A stretch of 64,000 nt of DNA, from contig CAMAPH010000002.1 of assembly GCA_945859975.1 (NCBI GenBank), positions 64,001-128,000 of the forward strand, given 5' to 3'. Position 1 is the first letter of the stretch. Each line of letters begins with the position of its first letter. Of the stretch, positions 21,058 to 30,927 are shown piece after piece. The translations under genes were made by a program, and so were the position numbers. The notes under the pieces are model-generated. The model saw only the letters and a list, made by a program, of their open reading frames with translations. It was not told the origin of the DNA and did not search any database. Origin of the DNA: Chthonomonas calidirosea (GTDB lineage: Bacteria > Armatimonadota > Fimbriimonadia > Fimbriimonadales > Fimbriimonadaceae).

Positions 21058-22065
21058 ATGCTTGCATCGTTGCTCCTTGGCTCGCTTCTCGTCCAGACCC
21101 CATCTTCCCTTCCGCCCATCGGCCTTGCGCTGAATGTGAAGGAGAGCGCCAGAGAAGAGGACTTCCTCGACAGTGCTCGTGAGCAAATCCGCTTCGGGCT
21201 CACAGCAAGTACCGTTTCGTATAGCTGGAACGAACTAGAGCCAACGCCCGGAGCATTCGATCTCAAGAAGGCCGATGACTCCATCGGAATCGCAAAGTTT
21301 GTGGGAGGCGATGCATACGTCACGATCAAGGTTCTCGACACCACCAACAAAATCCTTCCCGAGGACCTGAAGGGTCAAGCGTTGAATTCGCCAGAAGTCA
21401 AAGAGCGGTTCGCCACCCTCCTCCGAAACCTGCTCTCTCGGTTCAACAACAAGGTCAAGGCAATCAGTCTTGGCAATGAAGTCGATGTGTATCTGACCGC
21501 TCACCCGGAAGAAGTGCCCGCCTACTTGGATTTCCTTGCCGCCGGACGGGCCGTTCTAAAGGAGAGCGCGCCGGATATGAAATCTGGCGTGACCACAACC
21601 TTCGAAGGGCTGCAGCAGAATCGCCCCTTGATCGAAAAGCTCCAGAACGGCAGCGACGTCGTCTTCATGACCTACTATGCGACCAAGCCGGACTTCAGCC
21701 CGCAACCTCTCTCGGAGGTCCCAAAGAACTTCAGCACGATGCTCAGCTTCGCGGGCAGCCGCAAGCTCGCCCTCCAAGAAATAGGGCTACCAGCCTCAGA
21801 AACGCTCTCCAGCAGCGAGGACATCCAGGCGAAGTTCGTGACCACGGTCTTCGACCTCCTTCGCAAGCACAAGAGCCAGATTGAAATGGCGACGTACTTC
21901 ATTCAAGTCGACTTCAACCGCGACTTGCTGGATGTTTACGCGAAGTACTACGGCTCCGACGATCCTCGATTCCGTGCGTTCTTAGGCACGCTCGGACTCC
22001 GCAAAGCAGACGGAACACCCCGAAAGGCGCACGCAGAATTCAAGAAACAGCTTCAACAAGGCTGA
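21058..22065 (+). CDS. secreted clan GH-A-like glycoside hydrolase
   Basis: Signal peptide; WNELEPTPG, SLGNEVD and LQEIG (putative catalytic Glu pair). Confidence 0.7.
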   Translation: MLASLLLGSLLVQTPSSLPPIGLALNVKESAREEDFLDSAREQIRFGLTASTVSYSWNELEPTPGAFDLKKADDSIGIAKFVGGDAYVTIKVLDTTNKILPEDLKGQALNSPEVKERFATLLRNLLSRFNNKVKAISLGNEVDVYLTAHPEEVPAYLDFLAAGRAVLKESAPDMKSGVTTTFEGLQQNRPLIEKLQNGSDVVFMTYYATKPDFSPQPLSEVPKNFSTMLSFAGSRKLALQEIGLPASETLSSSEDIQAKFVTTVFDLLRKHKSQIEMATYFIQVDFNRDLLDVYAKYYGSDDPRFRAFLGTLGLRKADGTPRKAHAEFKKQLQQG

Positions 22066-22206
22066 AATCCGAACGGTAATTAGGGTGCCTGAAACTTTGT
22101 CTTTGCATGATTTCAAATAATTGAGGATAATCCTCGTAATCGTTCGGCAGTGTAGGCGAGCGGGTATCTGCCTCGACCTGCGTCGGGGCATCTATTTGGA
22201 GCAACA

Positions 22207-23616
22207 ATGACGCCATCAGACGCCCTGAGTTACATTCAAGAAAACGACGCCCAGTTCGTTGAGATTCGGTTTACCGACCTGCTCGGAACGTGGCAGCACT
22301 TCACCGTTCCGGTGGACCACTTCGATCACGACAAGTTCGAAGACGGCCTCGCCTTCGACGGCTCGAGCATCCGCGGTTTCCAGGCCATCAACGAGTCGGA
22401 CATGCTGCTGATCCCGGATCCAACGACCCTGTTCATGGACCCGTTCACCGATGCTCCGACTGCGGTCGTCATCTGCAACATCGAAGACCCGCTCACCCGA
22501 CAGCCATACGGAAAGGACCCACGCTTCACCGCCATTAAGGCCGAGCAGTACCTGAAGTCCACCGGAATCGGCGACACGGTCTACTTCGGACCAGAAGCTG
22601 AGTTCTTCGTTTTCGACAGCCTTCGCTACTCCACCAAGCCAGAGGACACCTTCGTTAAGATCGAATCGGACGAAGCTCACTGGAACAGCGGTTCGGAAAG
22701 CGGCACCGGTTACACGATTAAGCCAAAGGGTGGCTACTTCCCTTGCGCGCCGGTCGACAAGCTTCAGGACCTGCGATCGCTCATGGCGCTCAAGATGCAG
22801 GACGTTGGCATCAACGTCGAAATGCACCACCACGAAGTCGCCACCGCCGGTCAGTGCGAAATTGACATGCGGTTCGACACCCTTGTGAAGATGGCCGACC
22901 AGGTCATGAAGTACAAGTACGTGGTTAAGAACACTGCCTACCAGCAGGGCTTCTTCGCGACCTTCATGCCAAAGCCGCTCTTCGGAGACAACGGTTCCGG
23001 TATGCACTGCCACCAGTCGATCTGGAAGAACGGAGACCCGACCTTCTACGACGAAGCTGGCTACGCTGGCCTCAGCGACAACGCGCGATGGTACATCGGC
23101 GGCATCCTCAAGCACGCTCCTGCGCTGCTTGCCTTCGCTGCTCCAACCACCAACTCGTACCGACGACTGGTTCCAGGCTACGAAGCTCCGATCAACTTGA
23201 TCTACTCGGCTCGAAACCGATCGGCTTGCGTTCGAATCCCGATGGTCAGCAAGTCGCCAAAGGCGAAGCGAATCGAGTTCCGCGCTCCAGACCCAATGGC
23301 CAACCCGTACTTAACGTTCGCGGCGCTGTTGATGGCTGGCCTCGACGGCATCATGAACAAGATTGAGCCACCGAAGCCAATCGACAAGGACCTGTACGAA
23401 CTGCCGCCGCTCGAAAAGGCTGGCATCGAACAGACTCCAGGCTCCCTCCGAGCTACCCTCACCGCGTTGGCGAACGACCACGAGTTCTTGCTCCGTGGCG
23501 ACGTCTTCTCGAAGGAGCTCATCGAGAGCTACATCGAGTACAAGCTCGAACACGAATGCGATGCGGTCGACCTCCGACCACATCCATACGAGTACTACCT
23601 GTACGCGAGCGAGTAA
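22207..23616 (+). CDS. glnA: type I glutamine synthetase
   Basis: FDGSSIRGF, HHEVATAGQCEI, FMPKPLFGDNGSGMHCHQS, KDLY adenylylation motif. Confidence 0.98.
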   Translation: MTPSDALSYIQENDAQFVEIRFTDLLGTWQHFTVPVDHFDHDKFEDGLAFDGSSIRGFQAINESDMLLIPDPTTLFMDPFTDAPTAVVICNIEDPLTRQPYGKDPRFTAIKAEQYLKSTGIGDTVYFGPEAEFFVFDSLRYSTKPEDTFVKIESDEAHWNSGSESGTGYTIKPKGGYFPCAPVDKLQDLRSLMALKMQDVGINVEMHHHEVATAGQCEIDMRFDTLVKMADQVMKYKYVVKNTAYQQGFFATFMPKPLFGDNGSGMHCHQSIWKNGDPTFYDEAGYAGLSDNARWYIGGILKHAPALLAFAAPTTNSYRRLVPGYEAPINLIYSARNRSACVRIPMVSKSPKAKRIEFRAPDPMANPYLTFAALLMAGLDGIMNKIEPPKPIDKDLYELPPLEKAGIEQTPGSLRATLTALANDHEFLLRGDVFSKELIESYIEYKLEHECDAVDLRPHPYEYYLYASE

Positions 23617-23753
23617 GAACACTTCCGTGCTCCCCGGGATTCGGGGAGCACAAGTAGATTGCCTTCAAACATGTCACCGAAGGCGATAGGCAGAAAGGCA
23701 CAATTGTTGCCACCCGCCGACCAAACATCGGAAGTTAAACTGTCCTGAAAGAT

Positions 23754-23984
23754 ATGCAGCCAAGCGATCCAAAGATCCCGGCCAGCGAAGAACAAGGTAC
23801 GGCGGAAATCTCCGTTAGAGAACCTCAGAGGCCTTACGACGCTTCCTATATCCAAGTGGACATGCTGGAAGACAGCCTTCTCATGACACCACTACAACGA
23901 GTTCAGTTTCACCAGGGAGCTCTCGATCTAAGATTGTTGCTCGCGGAGGCAGGAAAGCGTGCAGGGCTTAATCCAAATCCTTAG
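23754..23984 (+). CDS. small helical protein, putative partner of the downstream nucleotidyltransferase
   Basis: VDMLEDSLLMTPLQRV motif; overlaps the start of the next gene. Confidence 0.65.
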   Translation: MQPSDPKIPASEEQGTAEISVREPQRPYDASYIQVDMLEDSLLMTPLQRVQFHQGALDLRLLLAEAGKRAGLNPNP

Positions 23985-24453
23985 TCGGCTCGAAGCCGAG
24001 AACGTGGACTACGTTGTTGTGGGCGGATTTGCGGCCGTCATTTATGGCAATCCTCGCGTCACCGTGGACATTGACATTTGTGTGACCCTGTCGCATGACA
24101 ACCTTCAGCGATTCGCTGATGCGATCAATCCCTTGGAGCCACGGACACGGAGAAACGGCGCTCGCATTGTCCTCGATTCCAAGCCATTAGGCGGAGAGTT
24201 TTCAAAGATCTACACAAGCGCCGGCGAATTGGACGTAATGCATCGACTGACCGGTGTAGAGAGTTTTCAAGCCTTGAGAGATCGGTCGGTGATCTTTGAC
24301 CTAGGAGCACACACGGTTCGAGTCGCCCACATCGACGACCTGATCGCGATGAAAGAAGCCGCCGGGCGGCCGCATGACCTGCAGGACGCGGCTAACTTAC
24401 GATGGTTGCGGGACGAGACGGCGCGACGCGCTGCTCAATCGCCTGACGAGTAG
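23959..24453 (+). CDS. nucleotidyltransferase (pol-beta superfamily, DUF6036/AbiEii-like)
   Basis: YVVVGGFAAVIYG..RVTVDIDI and DLIAMKEAAGRPHDLQD motifs. Confidence 0.85.
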   Translation: MQGLIQILSRLEAENVDYVVVGGFAAVIYGNPRVTVDIDICVTLSHDNLQRFADAINPLEPRTRRNGARIVLDSKPLGGEFSKIYTSAGELDVMHRLTGVESFQALRDRSVIFDLGAHTVRVAHIDDLIAMKEAAGRPHDLQDAANLRWLRDETARRAAQSPDE

Positions 24454-25426
24454 CTTCTTGCGCAATCTCCATCGCGCGCATTCCCGATTCGACATCGGGC
24501 AAATCTCCAATCGATCCTGTTTGGATGGCATCACGCCATGCCTCGTACATTCCCTCGAAGTTCTTTTCAGAAGCTCCCGGCACCGCACGGGTGTTGCTCC
24601 CGTCCAAGATTTCTAGCTTCCAACCCTCACGGTTGTATCGAATCACCCCGCCTGTTCCGATCAATTCATACGTAAACGTGGAGGTTGGCTCTTTCGCCGT
24701 GTGGCCGTAAGTGAAGCTCATATCCACCATAGTGTGTGCGCCAGATTCGTGGTCTAAGTGGGCGTACACGTGATCTGGTGCTTCGTAGTTGCTTACCCAA
24801 GCTCCCGCGCCATGAATCCGGACGACCTCCGAACCGAGCCACCAGCGGGCTAGATCAATTTGATGGACTCCGCAATCCACCATCGGGCCGCCTTCGAGCA
24901 TTCTTCCTCGCCAGAGCGGGCTCTCAATCCACTTCCCGCTGCCGTCGTTCATCCATTGGCCGTGCAGGTTCCAAAGATAAACCAATCTCAGACTGCGGAC
25001 CTCGCCGATGACCCCTTCTCGCACCCAGCGCCGGATATCTTGCGCCGCGTGGCTGAATCGATACACGAGCCCAACCATCAGCAATCGATCCGCAAAGCTC
25101 ATGGCCCGGCACATTTCCTCGGCATGCTCTCGCGTAGTCGTGACCGGCTTCTCACAGAGCACGTGAACCTTTGCGGCGGCGGCGCGCAAGACGTTATCGT
25201 GATGCACTCCGACTGGAGAACAGATGCTCACGGCATCGAGAGGGTGGGCAAAAAATGCATCGAGATCGTCGAAAGGCTGACCGCCGTTCCGTTGGGTGAA
25301 CTCTTGAGCCTTACCGGGAACCGGGTCGTAGGCCGCAGCGAGCTCGACCCCGGAAGTCCGATGAATTGCGGGAGCGTGACCAAACCCGGCCACGCTCCCG
25401 CATCCGATAATCCCAACTCGAATCAC
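24392..25426 (-). CDS. Gfo/Idh/MocA oxidoreductase
   Basis: IRVGIIGCG, HVLCEKP, DCGVHQID. Confidence 0.92.
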   Translation of the reverse strand: MIRVGIIGCGSVAGFGHAPAIHRTSGVELAAAYDPVPGKAQEFTQRNGGQPFDDLDAFFAHPLDAVSICSPVGVHHDNVLRAAAAKVHVLCEKPVTTTREHAEEMCRAMSFADRLLMVGLVYRFSHAAQDIRRWVREGVIGEVRSLRLVYLWNLHGQWMNDGSGKWIESPLWRGRMLEGGPMVDCGVHQIDLARWWLGSEVVRIHGAGAWVSNYEAPDHVYAHLDHESGAHTMVDMSFTYGHTAKEPTSTFTYELIGTGGVIRYNREGWKLEILDGSNTRAVPGASEKNFEGMYEAWRDAIQTGSIGDLPDVESGMRAMEIAQEATRQAIEQRVAPSRPATIVS

Positions 25427-25430
25427 CGAA

Positions 25431-26345
25431 CTATCGTACCGGTGGAGCGAACGGTTCCGTCACCTTGGGCTGGCGCTTGCGAAGTGATCTTCGGAACCAG
25501 AGTCCAACCAAAAGCACCGGTAGCCAAATCGGTCCCATCGCGACAAACCACAACAAGACGGAAACGATGCTTTGAAGGGTCGACCGCATCGAAATCATGC
25601 TTTCACCCCAAGCCTGACTAAACCAGCCCGTGTCCTTTACCGGGGCCGTTGCATCTGCAGACTGAACCCAATTGACCGAGATGTTAGACATCGCAGCTTG
25701 CGCTCGCAAGGACTTGTGTTGGGCGGCCATGCCCTCAATCTCAGACCGCAGCCCCATCAACCGGTCGCTCAAGGCAATGTGATCTTCTAGTTTTCTCGCC
25801 GCTGCGAGCATTTGGCGGTACGAGTTCTCTTGAGCTCGCATGGTTTGTAGCCTTGCACCGAGGTCGGCGACTTGAGCGGTCACGTCCTGCGTTGTGATGG
25901 ACTGGCTGGTCCGGACGCCCTGAGCCTGCAGGAAATCGAGGGCCGAATAGAATTTTCCGGCAGGAACGCGCAACACCTGGGTGACCTGCGCTGATGGTGC
26001 CCCGAGACCCGAACCGGTGGATGATTCGACAAATCCTTCGTTGGTACGAAGCCACTCGGTCGCTTTGCGTTCAGCTTTTTCAACATCCACAACCCGGATG
26101 CTGATTTGGGCCGATTGGATAATGTCGCGGTTCTGAACCCTCGTTTGTACGCTTGCTTGGTTGGAAGCGAGCGTGCCGTCGGCCGACTTTGCGGCTGGTG
26201 AATTCGCTTCCGAGCTGAAAGCCGCCGAAGCGGCCTCGGGGCTGGACTTGACCGCGGTGGCGTAGTCTGCGGGTCCAGACTGGCTGCAACCAAAGCTGGC
26301 TACCCCGACTAACAGGGACGGGACGAAGAACTTTCCGGGCATCAT
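25431..26345 (-). CDS. DUF4349 domain lipoprotein
   Basis: Lipobox-like FGC, LRVPA, QDVTAQ..DL.ARL coiled coil, C-terminal TM. Confidence 0.85.
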   Translation of the reverse strand: MMPGKFFVPSLLVGVASFGCSQSGPADYATAVKSSPEAASAAFSSEANSPAAKSADGTLASNQASVQTRVQNRDIIQSAQISIRVVDVEKAERKATEWLRTNEGFVESSTGSGLGAPSAQVTQVLRVPAGKFYSALDFLQAQGVRTSQSITTQDVTAQVADLGARLQTMRAQENSYRQMLAAARKLEDHIALSDRLMGLRSEIEGMAAQHKSLRAQAAMSNISVNWVQSADATAPVKDTGWFSQAWGESMISMRSTLQSIVSVLLWFVAMGPIWLPVLLVGLWFRRSLRKRQPKVTEPFAPPVR

Positions 26346-26420
26346 TTCATAGCTCCAATTGCGCTGTGGTCCTGCGCACAATTGGAGTGTTAGAAACGCC
26401 AAGAAGCGTTCAAAGAATTT

Positions 26421-26795
26421 TTAGCGACCGGATTTTGAAGCCGGAGAACCCAGATTGCCTGGAGTTTCTTGGAAAGCCGGGGCGTTCTGGTTGCCGTGTC
26501 CAGCACGGTTCGCAACCGTCGGCTCGCCAGGCTGAAGGCCGGTGCCCTTTCCGGCTTCTCCGTAGGTCGTGGTGAGGCCTTGGGTCTGGCCGTTCTTGGC
26601 ACCTTCGGAGTACCGAGTCTTGATGTTCTGGCCACCGGTGGCGTTGGCGGTTCCGGCGAGAGCGTATTCGTCTCCCTTCCAGGTACCTGGCTCATTCGGA
26701 GTCGTTGCCGACTCAAAGCTCTCCCAGCTCTTGATCCGGCAACCGGACAGCAAAAGAACCGTCAAAACCGCGAGAAGTACTGAGCCTTTGCGCAC
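26421..26795 (-). CDS. hypothetical lipoprotein
   Basis: LLLSGC lipobox; GTG start 6 nt after TACCAT. Confidence 0.7.
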   Translation of the reverse strand: MRKGSVLLAVLTVLLLSGCRIKSWESFESATTPNEPGTWKGDEYALAGTANATGGQNIKTRYSEGAKNGQTQGLTTTYGEAGKGTGLQPGEPTVANRAGHGNQNAPAFQETPGNLGSPASKSGR

Positions 26796-26848
26796 CCCTA
26801 AATGGTACCCGCGCGCACGAGATTGTGCGAAAGGCGTAAAGTTCCTGA

Positions 26849-28228
26849 ATGCAATCGTTGTCGTTCCATGGTGCCGCGCAAACCGTGACCGGCTCCTGCC
26901 ACCTCATCCAATTTGGGAAAACAAAGATCCTCGTGGACTGCGGTGTTTTCCAAGGCTCACGACAATTGCGTGACCAAAACTACGCACCATTCCCGTTCGA
27001 TCCGAGTGAGCTTGACCTCGTCATCGTCACCCACGCGCACCAAGATCACATCGGACGGCTTCCCAAGCTGGTGAAAGAGGGCTATCAAGGCAAATTCCTC
27101 GCGACGAAGGCGACCATCGGCCTGGCTCGAATTGCGCTCCCGGATGCCGGACGAATTCAAGAGGAAGACGCCAAGCGCGCTCGAAAGCACGGCAGCCGCC
27201 ACGCCGATCCACAACCGCTTTTTAGTGAGGAAGACGCCTACGAAGCTTTGAAGCGGTTCGAGCCCATTTCTTACAATTCATGGACTCCGCTACCGGGTGG
27301 CGCGCAGTTGCGGTACCGCTTTGCGGGACACATTCTCGGTTCAACCTTCGCGGAGATTGCGTGCCCAGACGGACAAATCCTCCTCATGGGTGGCGACTTG
27401 GGACGCTATAACACGCCGATCATTCGCGACCCGGAAACCGTCGATCATGCGGACTATCTCGTGATTGAAAGCACTTACGGGAATCGCTTCCACAGCCATG
27501 AGGATCCGCGAGCGCGCTTAGCCGAAGTCATGACCAACGCCGTCGAGACAGGCGGTGTGGTGGTCGTGCCCAGCTTTAGCATCGGCAGAACCCAGGAACT
27601 GCTGTACTACATCAGCGAACTGCAAGATGCCGGTCAGTGTCCGAAAATTCCTATCTTCCTCGACAGCCCGATGGCGGTGTCCGCCACCCAACTCTATGCA
27701 AACAGCAAGGAAGAGCATGACGAAGACATGCTGATTGCCGTAAGCGAGGGCGATCACCAGCTGGAGCCCGAGGGCTTCACGATCGTCCGCGATCGGGACG
27801 CCTCGAAGGCGCTCAACTTCCGCCCCGGCCCGTTTGTGGTCATCGCCGGTTCCGGAATGGCAAACGCGGGCCGGGTGGTTCACCACCTGATGCATCGGCT
27901 CGGACAAGCAAACACCCAGGTTCTTTTCACCGGCTACCAAGCCGAAGGCACGCTTGGGCGGCGACTGATGGACGGCGCCGATCGAGTCAAGATGCTCGGA
28001 ACCGAAATTGCGGTCAAGGCAACCGTCGATAAACTGAACTCGCTCTCGGCCCACGCGGACCAGGATGAGATTCTCAAATGGCTTGGCGGATTCCGACGCG
28101 CGCCAAAGACCACGTTCCTCGTTCACGGCGAACCGGATGCGCAACATGGACTTGAAGCGAGAATCAAAGCCGACCTTGGCTGGAACGTTGAGATTCCTGC
28201 GATGAATCAGTCGTTCGAACTCTCCTAA
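26849..28228 (+). CDS. MBL-fold beta-CASP ribonuclease
   Basis: THAHQDHIG, AGHILGS, ESTYG, SAHAD, VHGE. Confidence 0.93.
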   Translation: MQSLSFHGAAQTVTGSCHLIQFGKTKILVDCGVFQGSRQLRDQNYAPFPFDPSELDLVIVTHAHQDHIGRLPKLVKEGYQGKFLATKATIGLARIALPDAGRIQEEDAKRARKHGSRHADPQPLFSEEDAYEALKRFEPISYNSWTPLPGGAQLRYRFAGHILGSTFAEIACPDGQILLMGGDLGRYNTPIIRDPETVDHADYLVIESTYGNRFHSHEDPRARLAEVMTNAVETGGVVVVPSFSIGRTQELLYYISELQDAGQCPKIPIFLDSPMAVSATQLYANSKEEHDEDMLIAVSEGDHQLEPEGFTIVRDRDASKALNFRPGPFVVIAGSGMANAGRVVHHLMHRLGQANTQVLFTGYQAEGTLGRRLMDGADRVKMLGTEIAVKATVDKLNSLSAHADQDEILKWLGGFRRAPKTTFLVHGEPDAQHGLEARIKADLGWNVEIPAMNQSFELS

Positions 28229-28243
28229 CATATGGCTACACGA

Positions 28244-29494
28244 ATGAAAATCCTCGTTATCGGATCTGGAGCCCGCGAACACGCCCTCGTATGGCGACTC
28301 GCGCAAGAAGCAGACGTCATCTGCGCCCCGGGGAATCCGGGAATTGAGGATGAGGTCGAGTGTTTCGCCGTCGCGGCCGTGGATACTCCCGGACTCATTG
28401 CTTTGGCCCGCGAGCACGCGGTGGACTTGGTCGTTTATGGACCTGAGGATCCGCTCATCCTCGGTGGGGCCGACGCCTTTCGCGCGGCAGGCTTCGCCGT
28501 CTTCGGACCCGGCTCCGCAGGTGCCCAGTTGGAGGGGTCCAAGGCGTTCTCGAAGGAGTTCATGGTCTCCGCTGGCATCCCGACGGCAACGCATGAGAGC
28601 TTCGTTGATGCGCAAACCGCGATCGAGTACGCCCGCATCCGATTTGCTGACGGCTACGGTGTCGTAGTTAAGGCCTCCGGCAATGCGCTTGGCAAGGGTG
28701 TGATTGTCTGCGAGGATATCTTCGAAGCAGAAGATGCGATCCAGCGGATCATGGTGGACCGGATTTTTGGCGACGCTGGTGCCGAGATCGTGATTGAAGA
28801 TCGGCTTGACGGTCGCGAATTCTCACTGTTCACCCTCATCAGCGACAACTACGCGGCGAGCTTGCCGATTGCTAGAGACTACAAGCGCATCGGCACGGGT
28901 GATTCCGGGCCAAACACCGGTGGCATGGGCTCCTTCTCTCCTGACGCCTCAATCACACCCGACCTGCTTCACGAGGTCGAAGAACGGATTATCCGGCCGA
29001 CGGTCATTGAACTCCATCGTCGAGGACTGCCTTACAGAGGGAACCTGTTCGCGGGCGTGATGCTCCATAAAGGTCGCCCGCATTGCCTTGAATTCAATGT
29101 CCGGTTCGGTGATCCCGAGACGCAAAGCTTGATGGCAAGAATCCGTAGCGGATTCGCGGCGGCGCTATATGCCGCGGCAATCGGCGAGGCGATCCCACCG
29201 GTGGAGATTTCAGATGATGCGGCGGTCACCGTAGTATTGGCTAGTGCGGGCTATCCCGGCGAATACACGCGGGGCAAGAGGATAGAAGTCGGCCCGGTCG
29301 CCGAAAACGTGAAGCTGTTCCATGCCGGAACAACGGTCGTAGACGGCTGGCTGGTCACGAACGGTGGAAGGGTAATGAGCGTGACCGCGACGGGAGAAAC
29401 CGTGGAGGCCGCACGGTTTGCCGCGTACCAGGCCGTTAGTTCGGTGCGTTTCGAAGGAATGCAGTACCGCTCGGATATCGCCGAATCCATCTAG
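28244..29494 (+). CDS. purD: phosphoribosylamine-glycine ligase
   Basis: MKILVIGSGAREHAL, GPNTGGMG, EFNVRFGDPETQ. Confidence 0.97.
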   Translation: MKILVIGSGAREHALVWRLAQEADVICAPGNPGIEDEVECFAVAAVDTPGLIALAREHAVDLVVYGPEDPLILGGADAFRAAGFAVFGPGSAGAQLEGSKAFSKEFMVSAGIPTATHESFVDAQTAIEYARIRFADGYGVVVKASGNALGKGVIVCEDIFEAEDAIQRIMVDRIFGDAGAEIVIEDRLDGREFSLFTLISDNYAASLPIARDYKRIGTGDSGPNTGGMGSFSPDASITPDLLHEVEERIIRPTVIELHRRGLPYRGNLFAGVMLHKGRPHCLEFNVRFGDPETQSLMARIRSGFAAALYAAAIGEAIPPVEISDDAAVTVVLASAGYPGEYTRGKRIEVGPVAENVKLFHAGTTVVDGWLVTNGGRVMSVTATGETVEAARFAAYQAVSSVRFEGMQYRSDIAESI

Positions 29495-29503
29495 CGGGGT
29501 CCC

Positions 29504-29567
29504 AAAATAAAAAGGGGTGCCCGAAGGCACCCGCTCTCCTTTCAACACACAAAGGAACTAAGCAACG
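29504..29567 (-). ncRNA. candidate ~60-nt ECF-sigma-dependent small RNA
   Basis: Minus-strand GGAACTT-N16-GTCAA promoter (29600-29573) and a minus-oriented terminator GGGTGCC-TTCG-GGCACCC-CTTTTT, with no ORF between them. Confidence 0.55.
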
Positions 29568-29630
29568 ATTCGTTGACTTTGGGCCAGAAAAGAAAGTTCC
29601 AACAAATTTTTCGGCTGGTACCCTTTCGGT

Positions 29631-30926
29631 GTGATTGACCGCTATTGCACCCCTGCGATGACCGAGATTTGGTCCCAAAACGCGAAGTACCAGACTTGGC
29701 AAGACGTGGAGGTTGCGATTGTGGAAGGGCACGTTGCGCTCGGACAAGTGCCGGCAGAAGCGCTCGCCGCAATCCAGACCCGTGCTTCCTTCACGGTCGA
29801 GCGATGCGAAGAGCTTGAGAAAGAAACCCGTCACGACCTGATGGCGTTCGTGCGAAATCTGAGCGAGAACATTGGGCCCGAAGGTCGATTTGTTCACTTG
29901 GGCGTCACCAGTTACGACGTCATCGACACCGCGCTCGGGATCATGCTTCGCAACTCCTGCGACGTGCTTCTGGCTAGCGGAGAAAGGCTTGCAACGGAAA
30001 TTGCTCGACTCGCGAAAGAGCACGCCAACACGCCATGTATCGGCCGTACCCACGGCATCCATGCCGAGCCCATCACTTTCGGATTCAAGTGCGCCAACTG
30101 GTACGCCGAACTCCAGCGAAACCTGGAGCGCCTGCGTACGGCTAGAGCAGAGGTATCCGTAGGCAAGGTCAGCGGCGCGGTCGGCGTGCATGCGATCGCT
30201 TCACCAGAGCTCGAAGTCTGGGTGTGCAATCGTCTCGGACTCCAGGCCGACCCTGCCAGCACGCAGATCATCAATCGAGATCGTCACGCAAACTTTTTAA
30301 ATGTCCTTGCCCTTCTCGGCGCTGGACTTGAACGCATCGCAACCGAGCTGCGGAACCTGCAGCGAACCGAGATTTTGGAAGTCCAGGAGGCATTTGCCAA
30401 GGGACAAACCGGAAGCAGCGCGATGCCGCACAAGCGGAACCCGTGGAACAGCGAGACGGTCTGCGGCCTTGCTCGGTTGCTTCGAGCGAATTCCCACGCG
30501 ATGTTGGAAAGCGTTGCCACTTGGCACGAGCGCGACCTCACGAACTCTTCCCTCGAGCGGATCATTTTCCCGGACTCATGCCAACTTGCCGACTTCATGC
30601 TGAACCGACTAACCAGCATCTTGGCGGGACTACAAGTCTTCCCTGAGCGAATGCATCAGAACCTGCGCCTCATGGGTGATCTCGTTTTCTCGGAGCATGT
30701 GATGATCTCGCTCGTTCAAGCCGGGATGGCTCGCGAGGACGCTTACAAGGTTGCCCAGCGGAATGCGGCGAAGAGTTGGGAGGGCGAAGATTTCCGCACT
30801 TCCGTTACGAACGATCCCGACGTTCAGAGTCGCCTCACCCAAGAGCAGATTGATGAGATTTTCAGCCTTGAGCACCACCTCCGGCACGCAGGTCACACCA
30901 TCGCGGCGGTTGGACTAAAAGGCTGA
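29631..30926 (+). CDS. purB: adenylosuccinate lyase
   Basis: MIDRY, TRHD, GRTHG, GSSAMPHKRNP. Confidence 0.97.
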   Translation: MIDRYCTPAMTEIWSQNAKYQTWQDVEVAIVEGHVALGQVPAEALAAIQTRASFTVERCEELEKETRHDLMAFVRNLSENIGPEGRFVHLGVTSYDVIDTALGIMLRNSCDVLLASGERLATEIARLAKEHANTPCIGRTHGIHAEPITFGFKCANWYAELQRNLERLRTARAEVSVGKVSGAVGVHAIASPELEVWVCNRLGLQADPASTQIINRDRHANFLNVLALLGAGLERIATELRNLQRTEILEVQEAFAKGQTGSSAMPHKRNPWNSETVCGLARLLRANSHAMLESVATWHERDLTNSSLERIIFPDSCQLADFMLNRLTSILAGLQVFPERMHQNLRLMGDLVFSEHVMISLVQAGMAREDAYKVAQRNAAKSWEGEDFRTSVTNDPDVQSRLTQEQIDEIFSLEHHLRHAGHTIAAVGLKG

Positions 30927-30927
30927 A

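Noticed and set aside
22066..22206. Possible glutamine (glnA) riboswitch upstream of glnA
   Set aside because: ATCGTTCGG resembles the motif start, but the downstream conserved GGAAG core and closing strand are not evident.
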